Below are positions 1-15,000 of a DNA stretch of 64,000 nucleotides, piece by piece. Numbering within the stretch: the first letter of the stretch is position 1; the number at the start of each line of letters is the position of its first letter. Source of the stretch: Owenia fusiformis. Lineage: Eukaryota. Below the pieces are notes generated by a model. It worked only from the letters and a program-made list of their open reading frames with translations. It did no database searches and was not told where the DNA came from. The position numbers and the translations under genes are program-made. The stretch is taken from contig CAIIXF020000001.1 of assembly GCA_903813345.2 (NCBI GenBank), positions 744,001 through 808,000 on the forward strand. Reading direction: 5' to 3'.

Positions 1-3000
1 CTCGATTCTGGTATGTCATCATAAGGGTAGCCTTGGTTGGCCAGGGTACGGTTAAACACCCTCTCATAGTACGGCATCCGCTCAGGTCTATGATGCAAAA
101 CATATAATAGTGCGAGATAATGTTGGATTACTATAAGTAATAACGAGAACATCTGGATTATCATAGTGAAAAACAGTAAGGCTAATACTAATAAACATTT
201 TTTCAAGAGCACTGGGCAGACAACACCAATTTCAATTTGACTTAAATATTTCATTGAACTGACAAATAAACATTAAACGTTTTATTAAAATGATGAAATC
301 TCAGATCAGAGATCAGAGTTAAAAGACAAACGCGGAAAATCAACTACTTACTGTATGATGCAATATTTAGCAAGGTAATTCAAGGGATCATGCATCGTCC
401 TAAGATCCTTGGGTTCCTCGTTGGCATTGGGAACATTTCTAGTTCGTCTTCTTTTTGGTTGCCTAAAAACGTCAATTACACTTGTATGAGTTAATTATGA
501 GTGAGGTGATAAACAATTTTAAGTTAAGTTTAAAAAAACTCAGGCTGTACATTATTTGAATTATTATGCCTATGATATATTTGATAATAGAATGGTGATA
601 CTAACGAGGCTCTCTTTTTAGCTAACAATTCAGTATTCGTTGGCTTCTTCTGTATGGGAGGATGTTCAATGACAGGTTTCTTCTCTATGGCTGTCTTATT
701 GTGGTTGTGCTTTGAGGCATCCTAAAAGGCAAAATTGAATTGATGCTTGACTACTTAAGAGTAGACTTTCTTAAAACAAAAAAAACAATGTTTGACAAAT
801 TACAAGTCATTAATGGACAAGAGATCGATTCAATAAATTACCTCTGGAAATAGCGGCAGCTTTGGTGGTGCAACAACTGGAGCAACCGGAAGTTTTGGAG
901 GCGCCATTTTGATTGGAGGAGGCTTGAATCTAATTGGTGGCAGCGGTTCTCCTTTTGTTACCTGTAATGTAATTTCTATTAACAATAGTTTCTCATTAAG
1001 GAGTCATCATTTATTCATGGTCGAATAGATCATTACATGATGTTACTATTCGAAGTATGTCTCCAGTCATGTCTTTTTCTATATGTCCTGAACTTACCAC
1101 AACTGCTGGCGTTTGTGGTTTTGAAGGTGGTGGTGTTTCTGGCTTTTCCACAGGGGTCGGAGCTTTCTCTACAATGACCTCCTTTTCCTTTTTCTTGACC
1201 GGTTCCTTCTTCTTGGGTGCTCCCGCTCTCTTCCTCTCGGTGCTTTTCTTACTTTCTTTGATGCTATAGCGAGGTAGCTTAGGGACAGTTGGCTCGGTCT
1301 CCTTCACGGCAGGTTCTAAATCACAAACAATGTAAAATTCCATAAAGTATTTCAACATAAAGGAACTCCTTAGGGGGGTACATGGGCAAACCAGGGAGCT
1401 TCCTTTCAATTTTAAAACGAGTTGTATACCATAGATCTATTATTTTAAATGTTAAGGTTTAAATTATATTATATTCAAATTCTATCACTGTTAACGATAT
1501 ATCTGTTTTAAATGGGCTTATTAGCTTTTTGCAGGTTAATGATGTAGATAATCCTATATTATAAATGGAGTGACACAAAAATGGTATCTCTAATTTTGGA
1601 ATTAACAGTGAAGAAACAGTTCTATACATCCACCAAATCCAAAAAAATTGTAATTTAGAGATTTCGCTGTGTGTAAAGTCGTCCAAAAACGTTATGTAGG
1701 CACATCTTCGACTACCAATGTGGTCATAATACACTTGGTGAAGTTGGAGTTCCTGAAACCTTGTGGAGTGAATCAAGATTACTTATGCTCGGGACTTATG
1801 CATCCATTCGGAAAACAAAATTTAATCAAACTGATTACCTGGAGTGGGGTCCTTGATAGGAGTTACAGCAACTGGTTCTTCACTGAAATCTTCCAGTTCT
1901 GGATCATGGAATATATATCCATGATCTGAAAAACAAGTAAAAATTAATAACCTAATCATTCTATAATGTTGAAATATATGATATAATGTCATATATATAG
2001 CAAATTACATACCACATTCGGATAGAACTGCAATGATCCTTTAAGGTCTACCCTTAAGTATTAAATCATAGTGGATCTGAAAAGTTACCCTTCCTTGATG
2101 TAAATGGACTTATGCGATAATCCCATTCATGTCCATGGTAATCCAAAAGCTTCTATACAGGTCTGAATGGTGAGACTGAGCGTCTTTATGGATATATATT
2201 AATTTGTAAGGCTTACATATATTGATCATAAAGACCTGAATATACATCTATCCTGACTAGACGTAATTTAAGTGGATTATAATGGGATTATAATAAACAA
2301 TTGTAGTATCGTTGCCTTCCGTAATCAATTTTTATTAGAATATAATGAGTTAATTGAAAGTGGAATGGGAATATGATTAAAGGCACCGAGGGGGTAAATT
2401 TTATTGCCCCACATTATGGTTGGGAAGAAACGATCGTGATGCTTTGATTGAAGGGGCTTTTACTTTTGATACTTAATATCTGGAAAGTGGTTATATATAT
2501 AACTGTGTATTTCATACTTGAGTGGGTTTGGGGTAGATATCACCCGGGAATATACATCATATCTGAGGAGCGGGCAGGATATATTGTATATGTCCCGCTC
2601 TAGGCCAAATGCGGGCAGATATAATATATCCATCCCGCTCACGGGAATTTTTTCAAAAGTTTAAAAAATTTAAAAAGTTAAATTTCAGAAGTTTAAAATT
2701 TTTCAAAAAGTTTAAATGTTATAATTCTATTGTATTGAACTGAAGGAATATTATGAAAATGTTAAATATAAATTGTGCTTTTACAGTATAGGCCTATCTT
2801 GTCATTTGAAAAAGGTGGTAAAGGTTATATCTACCCCAAACCCACTCAAGTATGAGATACACCAGTTATGTACGGTCGGTTTTGGATACAGTGTTTATCC
2901 CGCGGGAAATATGTGTATCTCCCTCGGTCCCTGCGGTCCCTCGTGAGATACACATATTTCCCTTGGGATAAACCCTGTATCCAAAACCTCCCAGTACATA

Positions 3001-6000
3001 ACCCTTATATATGCTAAAGTTAAACTTTAATATACTTACCCGTTTCTGGTGTAATGCTGGTATCCACAACTTCTTTCTTTGGCCCGTCATCCATAACGGG
3101 ACTTGGTTGTTTTTCCTCTGTTGGTTCAGTTGGTTCTGGATCTACAATATGAAAGGCGTGTACCAATTGTTGGCAGCTGACGATTGTCAATATCAATATC
3201 TACTTACACTTCATGACAAAATGTTATCATCTGGTTGTTCTTTATTTAATTTGATTTCATATTATCAAATATTATAATGTATAATATAAGTCACAGGGTT
3301 TCACTTATTTTATATGTTGATTACTTCGAAATGTTGTTTTCAACCTATTAATTGTAATATGTTTATCGACTCAATGCTAAGTGATTTTGACTCAAGTGCA
3401 GAACATACAAGGCTAAAACGTCGAGGATTTCCGAATCAGAAACATACTGAAATCACTCTGTAGACTTTAGAGTATTCTATCAATGAATGCATATAGTAAA
3501 TATACTGTATACGTCATTTCATGGGCAAAGCCATTGAAGCAACATGTCATTTTATTATATGGCAATGGATCATTGATAGATACCTCGTTTTAATTAAGTC
3601 ACATTTTATCTCAGATGGAAGATGTCAAGTTATCATTTGGTGATGGTGGTTAAATGCACAAACTAATACATTGCACTTTGGAATATGGTGTGTGATATTA
3701 CTTGAGAAAAACACAAAGTATAACAGGCCCGTAGCCAGGGGGGGCTCTGGGGGCTCGGACGAGCCCCCCCCTGATATCTCCTGAAAAAATGTGGACCTAC
3801 CTTTTTGCTTCCTTGAAGAAAAACGTGCTCTTCCCCACATTCACTGGGCAATTAAGATTTTAAAACTGGCATTACTGTGCATTGTTTTTCGAATTTGGGC
3901 ATTATTTTTCAAAAGTTGGCCCACTTTTTTTCATGGACATATTTGTGCCCCTTTCCCTCTTTTTTATGATCGTCCTTTGTGTTTTGTTAAACATAGCCCT
4001 AGGATGGGCCCGGGAAGAAATGTTGGCCCAAACATATTGAAGGGCCTCTTTAGTGGGCATTTTTGGGCATTACTTGACCTTTTGGGCCTTATTTTTTCAA
4101 TTTCAGGCCAAATTTTCAAAAACGGGCTATTAATTTTCAAAATTTTGGCCCCAATTTTGATTTAAGGGCCCTAAAAAATTTTACGCGCGGCCCTAGGATG
4201 GGCCCAGAAAAAAATGTTGGACCAAAAATATTGTAGGGCCTCTTTAGTTGGCCTTTACTTGACCTTAATGGGTTTTTTTTTATCAATTTTAGGCTAAATT
4301 TTCAAAAAACGGGCCATAAATCTTCAAAACATAGGCCCAAATTTTGGTTCTAGGGCCCTAAAATGAGTTCCGCATGGCCATAGGATGGGCCCTGAAAAAA
4401 ATGTTGGCCCAAAAATATTGTAGGGCCTTTTTAGTGGGCCTCTTTGGGCATTAATTGACCTTTTGGGGCTTTATTTTTTTTCGATTTAAGGCCAAATTTT
4501 CAAAAAACGGGCCACAAATTTTCAGAACTTTCGCCCGAATTTGGGTTTTTAGGGCCCTTAAAATTTTACGCGCGGCCCTAGGATGGGCCTAGGAAAAAAT
4601 GTTGGGCCAAAAATATTGTAGGGCCTCTTTAGTTGGCCTTTACTTGACATTTTTACTTGACCTTTTTGGGCTTTCAAGGCCAAATTTTCAAAAAACGTGC
4701 CATAAATTTTCTAAATTTTGGTTCTAGGGCCCTAAAAGTTTTTTTTGCGCGGCCAAAGGATGGGCCCAGAAAAAATGTTGGCCCAAAATTATTGTAGGGC
4801 CTCTTAGGTGGGCCTTTTTTGGCATAACTTGACCTTTTTGGGCCTTATTTTTTCAAGATTAGGCCAAATTTTCAAAGAACGGGCCATAAATTTTCAGAAT
4901 TTTGGCCAAAATTTGGGTTTTAGGGCCCTTAAATTTTTTCTGTTGACTGGTCCATTTTGAGCATCACTTGACCTTTTGGGCCTTGTTTTTTCAATGTTAG
5001 TCCAAATTTTCAAAAAACGTGCCATAGATTGTCTAATTGTTGGTCCAAATTTTGGTTTTATGGCCCTAAAAAGTTTTTCCGCGCAAACGCGGATATTTTT
5101 TCCTGACTTGAAGTGTGGGTCCCCCCTTCTTGGCTTCCGGATCCGCCACTGTCCTTTACAATACAAAGGGGCTTGATGTAGCATGGGGAATTTTCTTTTT
5201 TTGGGGGGGGTTGCGGGGGGTAGGTTCGAGCCCCCACTTACAAAAAGCTGGCTACGGGCATGTATAAAGCGTCATATCACACACAACACAATGGAATGAC
5301 CGAAATTAGTAATAGACATTGACAACTAGACTAACCCTTGAAACTGAAATAAACGTGTGTTAATCAAATTAATCACGATTTAGTGCAATAGAAATCATTG
5401 CTACGATTATCCTATGGCATGGTACGATGGTTACCACATATAAACTGTATAAATTGACACAAACAAGTATGTGCTTAGTAATAAACCTCATAATAATAGC
5501 ACAAAACAATTTTATCATTCAGGTGTAATCCGCTTTAACGTTGTTGTTAATGATGACGTCGCTCTTCATGAATTTAATAGAGGGCAAACAATAAGACTAT
5601 TGTCATGAAAATACTTATAGGGAAAATGTACATTTAATGCCGAAACAATATAACCTTATAATACGTCAAATAAACGTTATTATTATCAGGTGTTAGCCCT
5701 GGTGCATATTTGTCAGGGAAGCATAGTTTAGTTATCACAAAAATTCAAAGCCACAAAACATTTCGGCCACACCACAAAGGACAGACATTCCACAATGTTA
5801 TAAACACAAAACACAATGATGCCACTTTGGTGCGCACGCGCAATGCAACATAAAATCAAACAAAAATAACAATATCACTGTAAGATTGGAATATCTTACG
5901 ATAACACATGATAAAAGACAATAACACAGAGTAACATATGTCACATCACAAACGAAGCACCTGTGTAGAATTGACTCCTTGAAGAGAGTGGGGTGACATT

Positions 6001-9000
6001 GACAGCCTCGTGTCTATCGACATCTCCCACTGAGGGGATGGGGGACGGGGTGTCATGTATATCTATGGGTGAGGGTAGAGGGGCACTATGGTGCAATTCT
6101 ATGGTGGGGGTAGGGATCTTAGGGGATCCATTATCTTTTATTTCCAGGGACGTCTGTGTGTGAAGTACAACTACTGGAATAAGAAAAGATTTATATACTT
6201 AATTAGTGGTAGATATGATATCATCTGCTCCTAAGTGCGCGGTTTGTCAAGGTCTCTCAAATGTAGACGTTATTGACATGAGGCTGATTTATGGGGACTT
6301 TGGCGTCCATTATTATTCAGAGTGTAATTTCACATAAGTTAATAATAAAAGTTCTAAAATTAATGATCCTTACTTCCTCATTATAGTTTTGATATGCGAT
6401 GTGTTAGTCTTTATTCTAAACAAATCACTGAATCATGACGGATTTAATAACTGAAAACACCTCCTAGATTTAGTCACACACACATGCGTGATCGTATTTT
6501 AATTATTCCAAATCGGTGATGAGTTTTCAAATCATAATAGCCAATGACCAAATCAAAGAAAATAATTGACTTCAATGAATACATTATCACTTTAAAACAG
6601 AGTTATGGACGGTCGAACATTTGGATCTGGTTTAAATATCCAAATTAATGTCCATAATTTTGAACTGGGCAAACGTCAAAGGGATTATATGTACTTTTCG
6701 CAATCATAGAAACCTATTTAATAGTGGGTTGTATTTAAAATCTGGACCATTGTTGTTATGATTTGACATTTCATACAAGTAAAGGTATAACCTCATTCTG
6801 AGCTTATGCTACAACGATTTGAAGTCATAAAAAATTACGATCTTGGCTGCTACCATCTTTTTAAAGTAACAGTAATGAAAACATAGTATTTCATAGCAGA
6901 TTTTAGTTACAGGAGACTTAAGCAATGCATATAAAATCGAAACATCAACATATACGCACAGGTTGTCCTTTACAAATGCATTTAGTTTTCTCACATACAT
7001 AATCATTCAATTATCATGTTTACTCAGTGCGTTACATAGACTACATATCATCGTGTAATATGCCATTGATAGTTCTATAGCTAGTTTTCTATGATACATG
7101 TATTTTAAACAAGATCAAGATTTTATCGTAAGATATTTGGAGCTAAAAATGTATGACACACATCATTTTCTTTAGAAAGCATTATACTGTGCATCGAATT
7201 CAACTATAATGATTCCCGTTGACACAAACGCGAATCTCCCGTTCTCAACACAGCTCTGAAGCTGATCGAGTATTAGTAGAAGTAGACTAGGTAGCGCTTG
7301 TTTTGTATGCGCGCTATATAAATTACTGTTTCAGTATTATTCATTGGCGATCACGGTTGCGTTGTGAAAAATATCGCTAGTTTAAACTCTCTACTAACAA
7401 CTTTTGAGACGCTGAGTCAAACGACTGCAACGACATTTTATGAGTTTATATAAGTGATTTAAATAAAGTTGAGAATGGATCATAAAAACATAAACTAGGA
7501 ACACGAGTACAACAATAACTAAAGGGATACTTATTATAATAGGTGCAGATATTGATTTAGCCGGAATATTTGATATCTCTTTACAAGGGCCAATCCTGAA
7601 GTCCTGATAAAAATCCTCTAACTTAAACGTTTATCATTCGTTTTGCACAATCTTTTCAAAGTAACTGATTCATTAATTTGCGTTCAACTAGATGGTGTGA
7701 TTATAGAATTTTCTGTTGATCAATCATTCTGAAAAGTCCCTGCTGTATAGGCATATAAATAATGTAAATTGTGTAAAAATTTCAGGTGATTTCCTTTACC
7801 TACGAAAAAGATATAGCGTTTTTATCAGAACGTCTGCATCGGCCTTTGTGTATATTGGAGTAATCGGATAATAGGGACGTTAAGCATCACGTATTTTGAA
7901 GACCTCGTACGTGAACGTGAAGTATTGTCCGCTAAGACCTTCTCCCATTCGCGATCGTAGTATTTATTGGCCGATTGAATATAAAAGTATATGAAAAAAA
8001 TGTAATTAGGTCCTTGGAAAAGTATTGAGAGCAGAACAGTAATCCTAAGTGGTCGTAACATTAAACGCTCGCGTAACGGATGTCTTAAAAACGTGTGGCT
8101 TAACCTCCCTATTCTCTGGCTAAATAAACGTCTTTGTCTTATTATAACTACTTGAAGTCGATATATCACATTGGAATGAATAATACTGGGTCCTGTAGCA
8201 TAGTATTCACATCAATATATTTGCATCCTCAACAACATTCGTTCCAATGCCTATATCTGGCAAACTGCAAGTCACGCATGCATGCATATACGTTCTTAAA
8301 CCAATCTTGAAATAAACCTTCTCTATCCGGGGAAGCAATTTGGCTGTTCTTGCTCTGTTCTTGTTTCCTAAATGCTTTGAACACCCTACTGGCCATACCA
8401 ACTTCCTTTGCTTTACTTTTAAATGATCCAACTTTGGTCTTGATAAAATTAGGGGGAGTAATATGTCTTGAGTTTGTGGATGAATCAATTGGCTTGGTAG
8501 ATATTTCTAATGAAGGGGTCTTTGGAGTATGAGATTTGGAGGGAGCCGTTCTTGGTTTGTGAGAGAATTGGCCTGAAATTGGTATATATTCAGTCTGGGC
8601 TATTGGAGTAATATTTGTCTGAAGTGGTATTGTGTTGGCGCCCTGAGGAGTGTTAATAATTTCGGGTCTACTTATATTTTCATCAATATTTGCTGCAGTG
8701 AGCGGGGGCTTTGGTTCACCTAAAAATTGCATATTAAATAATTAAACTGAAACTACAAATTATGCATATAAATTCAAATACATATTTATACTTTAAGCGA
8801 CTTTCATTTGGAAATTAAGCATATATCTAAAGTTTTGAAATCTATGTACGCATAAAAAGCAAATTATCTAAGTAGAACTTACCATCACCTCATATAAGCA
8901 AAATCAGCAAGTCAATAAATTGAAACTTGAAAATAACTACTGTACTATTCTAACACTATGCCTATTTCAAAACAAATAGATTTTAAAACAACGAGATTGA

Positions 9001-12000
9001 TCTTGTATATTTGTTCTAAGCAAGAAACGATGACATACCTGGTTGGGGTATAGTGACAACACCTGAGTCTGCAGTTGACGGTGGTGATTGTTCACGTCTG
9101 AAAGTCAAATGGGACAAAAAGTGTAAATGAAACGTGGTAAAATAAAAGTTGAAAAGATGTGTTACAACAGGTTACAAGAAAACAAACACCCTGATATCTC
9201 AAACAATGGATAAAAGTAGCCTATATGTCACAAATGAACCCTCTTTCCATATGGTCGCAAAACATGCGCCCTGGGTCTCGCAGCTAGATGTCAGAATTCG
9301 AATTAATTACCTTCAGCTTATTATTTTATTGTTTTTCTCACGTCAAAGTTATACCTTTTTGGATGAAAAACTTACGGGGCTGAGTTAGGTTTTGGAGAAT
9401 CGATGGCTAGAGATGTGTGTGTTGAGTTCGACTTAAGTGTTTCTGGTTTAGTTGGCGGAGTCCACGGCTCAATAGGTTTTCTGATTGGTTCTTTCAGTTG
9501 AAATTGTTTTGGTTCCTACAAATAATTAATAAAAAGTATAAGTATAAATATAAACATTGCAAAACAAAAGTTTGCGTGAATACAGAAGTACAATATTTAT
9601 AACTAGTCAATAATTATAATAATGAGTTGGATACCTGGTAATCCACTGGTTTGTGTTCAAAGTCCACAAACTCAGTTGTTGGTTTGTCGCTCTTTGTAAC
9701 AGTAAATTCCTTGTACTTTGGGAGTTGAATATCACGATCCTTGGCGAAAGGATCTGACGCTTTTGTGACCTTTGTTTTGCCACGTTTAATTTCAAACGCT
9801 TTGGGAGCTAAAAAATAAAATGATTATCATTATATATCTGTAGAACAACTCAGTCTTGTTCTAGATGGAGCGACGGGTCTATACTGCCCCTATCGCGCTA
9901 TTATTCAATTTCCAACTTTATCATTAACATGAAAAATGGCAATGGACATTTAAAAGTTCCATAAGTTCAACAGATTTTATCTTGAACAGACAACAGTAAC
10001 GCAAGACAGCATTCTAGTTATACCAATCGATCATGTCAAAGTGAAAGAGCAAAGCATGGAAAAATCCATTTGTTATGACGTCATGTATTAATATGACAAC
10101 AAAATAAAAACCATGGCAAACAGTAAACGCAAAAAACAACAAATACCCTTCGATACCAGTCAACAAAAAAGCTTTCAATATCAAAGGAGACATATGTACT
10201 AAAATGGAGACTTTCTATCTCGTAAAGAATGGTAAGTTTGAGGAAAGAATTTAAAAAACTAAATTGCTGGTATATATAGATAATAGTGGCCATGGCAAGA
10301 CAATGTTACTTAGTATTTATCAGTACGTATCTGCCCAGTGTATTCTGTTTGTTTATAAAATTCAATGAAACTTCCGTTTGCAGAATTCTCTAACAAGTAC
10401 CCATCAAACCTTGACCCATGGAGTGTTCACTGGGTAGGAAGAAAGTCAACAGTAAACACAAGAAAGGTGAGCTCAAACGACATCGACGATTCAGTATTTG
10501 CCAAGTCTCCACTTAACCTTGCAACAAAAGCCCTGATACGATCGACAACATATTCAACAAATGCGGGAAATTCGTCTGCAGAGCTAGATCAGATTTTACA
10601 TATTGAAGAAATAAAAGATGGTATGAATATGTGCGATACATGGTCAGATGAAATGCATATCGATGTTGCTGATGTGCTTAGACCAAATGATAGTCCTCCT
10701 CAGATTGATGAGACAATCTTCGACAAATCTCCATTCAACCGAGCAGCCAGGTCAAGAAAAGCAAGACGAGGGAGAGCCCCCATCAACAATACAGATGACT
10801 TTTTACCAATTGGAACCCTTGTATGCAATACAATCAATCAGTCAGAAAATTATGAAAGAACCACAACGGATGCAACTTCTTGTAAAGCCTTCATTGAAAC
10901 GCTCGATCCAATCAAACGTTCTGGAAAAAACGACAAAGGATGTAATCACGGCAATATAGAGGACCTGAGTACACACATAGGCATTGATAATAACCATGTT
11001 GAATCAGTAGAGATGAAGAGCACAAGAAAACGCGTCGGAAAGTTCCTGAGACGGTATTTGCAGTTTGGAGGAAAGACACAAGCTGAATGATAGCAATTCG
11101 TCAAAACAGACTTTATTTTGTATTTTTATGAATTCAAAATTATTACCAGTGTAAAATACAAGCAATAGCAACAAGAATTGTAGATGTATATGATAATCTG
11201 TAAGTTTTGTTTTGAATCACCTTTGTACAGACTCCCTCTACTTCTCCTACTGTGTCTACTACCCAGTGATAAGCCAGTAGTGTTTGCGTCTGTCTCTTCA
11301 GTACCGATATATGTCCCTGTTGTATGTGATTCAACGCCATCAATAACAGTATCAGTCTCATCTTCAGGATCAACACCAGCATCATCAACACTAGCATCAT
11401 CAGCACCAGCATCATCAACACTAGCATCACCAGCACCAGCATCATCAACACTAGCATCACCAGCACCAGCATCTTCAACACCAGCATCACCAGCACCAGC
11501 ATCTTCAACATCTTCAGCATCATCCTCATCAACACCAGTAGCGTCCTTCTCATATCTAGCATCTTTATCGTCATTATTAATGTATTGTTCATCATCACTT
11601 CTCCCTTCATGTTCACTCGGATCGTTTGATGTATCAATTATTTTGGCGACTACAGTTCGAACCCTCGTATCATGTAGGGATGTGTGTTGTGTTGAGGAAA
11701 CAATGTCCTTGTCAATTTCGGAACCAGGTGTCCCTGCAATGTGAGAAAGGAGTAACATGAGACTCGCGAATGTATTAATATTAGTGGCACAACTGCTACA
11801 ACTTTTGGACATAACTCTCAAAGTAGCTATTGTAGCGATGCATTTGTATGGGTGATTAGTCATACAGGTTGGCGCTTCGATTTTATATGCAAGCTTTAAT
11901 TCCCTTATGACATATTGCGTGTAACACTCATATTTTCTAGAACATTCATAAGTTTCATGTCTCACACACAGCAGAGATAAGGGGAATTTACACTATATGC

Positions 12001-15000
12001 AAATGTTAGGTTTAAATCCGATCACTCACCCGGGGATATTACTTTTCCTTCTTCATCTATTCTACTTGTATCCTCTGTAAGGTAAATAGGCTCCACTTCT
12101 AAGGTTGCTGCCCTGGCTACAGGGCTGCTGCGATTGTCTACAAAATATCATAAAATCGCATTCTTCAACCGGTTGACAACAATAAAACTAAACGTGGTAC
12201 TGGTTAAAACAGAGCTTGGAGTCGGTGATATGGAGTTTTCCAAGTGCAAGTTCTGAGTTATCGTTTAGTGTAAAAACAAATCGGATTTAATCTTATACAT
12301 ATTTTTAATACTTGCATTGTAATTTGTATAAATTATGAAAGATAGTTATGGGCTAGTCTTTAACATACTGGTTCTGGCAATTGTCAGTTGGACGGCACAA
12401 AAAGTAATAAAACTATTTTGTGTCGACCTGTTATGGGATGCTGGGACCGTGTCAACATGAAATTATGTTACATAAAAACTCTCTGATGTGTAAAATTACA
12501 TCTAAAATAATATGTATTAGTATTTTTAAATTGTGCATCATTATTTATACAATCGGTGCATTTAACCTACAAAACAAAACTAAAATGTTATGTTAATGAC
12601 AGTGACAAAAAGTTCTTACTCGACCGTAGTTACACTGTGCAGTGGTAAAACCTTTCCAAACCGTTCAAAACGGATCAGTTCCGATAACAAAATAGCAGCC
12701 TCGAAGGTACGATTTTTCTCATGGTCATACGAGATGTACATGTCGGTAGAATCTTCACGCCCTTTTGGTATTTGATTGAACGTGTGTCAGCATCATACGT
12801 TTAAGAAAATCTGAGCATTTACGAGGGAATAACTCCCGGGAATAATTCACGAGATGTCATCATAGATACGATAATTCCTCACTTTTGTTACGTAAACGCG
12901 GGCGTCTTTTTTTAGATTTAACGGCTTTGTTTACGTAACATTAGTGAGTAAGTTGATCATCCTGGCGTCTGACGAGCTATTTGTTCGTAAATACTTCGAT
13001 TTTCTGAAATATGATTTCGACACGGTTGTGCCAAAGCAGGGTCGTGAGGATTCAGCCTACAACTCCTGAAATTACATAGAAAAAGAAAAGTCGTACCCCC
13101 GAGAGACTGTTCTATTTTGTTACCGAAACGGATCCGTCTTCAAAAAAAAGTTTGAAGAGTTTCAATACAGGGCATTAGGAAACTGGTGTAATGGGTCTAT
13201 GATTTTGGTCGTCGGCTGTGGAAAAGCCTGTATAAGGCGTATGTGTTATGAGCTAGTTTATCACATGATTTGTAAGATATGATGGTAAATCGAATGTAAG
13301 ACCTCATGAAATATTCGGCCCAGAATGAAGAAATCTCATTTCTCATAGCTGAGATAAACTAGTCAATATAAGGTAGGGTTAAATGTCAAACTAACTGTAG
13401 TCTTGAATCGAGGCCTTCTATTGACCTCCTAGTGTCACTAATTCAAACGTTGGGGAGTAATCGACATAAAAGGCTTATTACAAGACTGAAATCTACAAAA
13501 AAGTTGATTAAATATTAGGTAGCAGGTTAGTAGCATCGTGGAACAAAAACAGTGCATCTTACATACAAACTATATCACAATCCTTATAATAGAATAATAA
13601 ATAGGTTATCATTAAAAGTGATGCGTGAATATTAGGGTTAACAGGCCACTCTTCGGTTCATCCAAATCTTTCACCTTCTGCTTGAACACCTGGTTCCTTC
13701 GAGTCCGCTGAGTTGCATGGCGTCTTGGAGGGTGGTCTACTCACTCGAGTGTCTGTGGTCTCATTCAACGATGGGTTCTCAATTAAAGAAGGTGACTTGG
13801 GTTTCATGTTTCTCATCACACCATTTAAAGTATCGTCTTCAATGAGACTCTGTTGTGAGTGTTCATCATGAAGCGGTTCTCCGAAATGAGACGACAGTAT
13901 GTCATCCTTTTGGGAGGCGCTCTCTCGTGTTTTGGCGTTACTTCTGCTAGCAGTTGAGCCTGAATAGCCCGAGCCAGACCGAGATGGCGTTGGAGGGGCA
14001 CTGAATGATAACTCGGATCCTGGAGATCCTAAAAGGTTAGTAAATTGAACATGCTAACGAAACATACACAGAGGAGACTTCTATCTAGCATTTTCCCACG
14101 AGGCCACCCAAATAGGACTCTGAGTCACTCATTTATGATTATTTATGCCAAACGTAATTGAGAAGGATGAAATATTTTCAGTTTCAGCGTAAATATAAAC
14201 GAATACATTGTTACAGTTCTGATCTGTTCGAAAATTGAGTACATCCAATCTAGACCACTGAATACTGAAACTGAAATCTCGTCAATATGAGAAAAGATGA
14301 TGGTAGTGCTGTAGAGTAGGTGACATAGCCCATGCTACTATGTAATAATTAGTGGACATTTGAAATATCACCAATCACCATACCTGTTTCTGCTAACGGG
14401 AGTAGCTGCTGCAGGTCATCGGCATATTGGACACGTTTACTCGGCGACTTTCTTTTTGTATCTATGTCTCCATCGTCCTTGGAACGCATCTGCATGTCTC
14501 CAGCAGAGCCATCTATCGTAGACTTGGCGATATTCAGACTCACTCCATATTTTCTCATATCAGGAAAGTCAATTCCTAAGAATACAAAAGGACGTATACG
14601 GGTATCAGTTTTGATGGTTGTGGTCATTTCAAAATAGACATATTGAAAATTGTGTTTAGATATATCCCAGCAGTTGAATTACAAATATAATTGTATTCTT
14701 GATATCATATGCTTTGAATATACATGCATTACCTTTGTTGTATCATTGGTGGGCAGTTCAACGATATTGTGTATCAAAGCAACTCAAATATGATTTCTAA
14801 TCTTAAGTAAATATAAACCAAAAAATTATGACCCGCGTTTCAAAAACTTTACGAGAGAGCATGGATAAACGGAAAATGCATTTTTGTTTGCCACGTGGGA
14901 CAATCTTTCTATTTACATTAATTAGTAATTCCTAAATTGGAGGGTTTTTCATTTTGGGGTTAATAAAGTGGAATATTGGACTTTTTTGGTATTACCATGG

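Noticed and set aside
11143-11744. ORFs 11184..11744(+) and 11143..11637(-) as genes
   Set aside because: Shadow frames of the 30-bp coding minisatellite exon 11733-11221.
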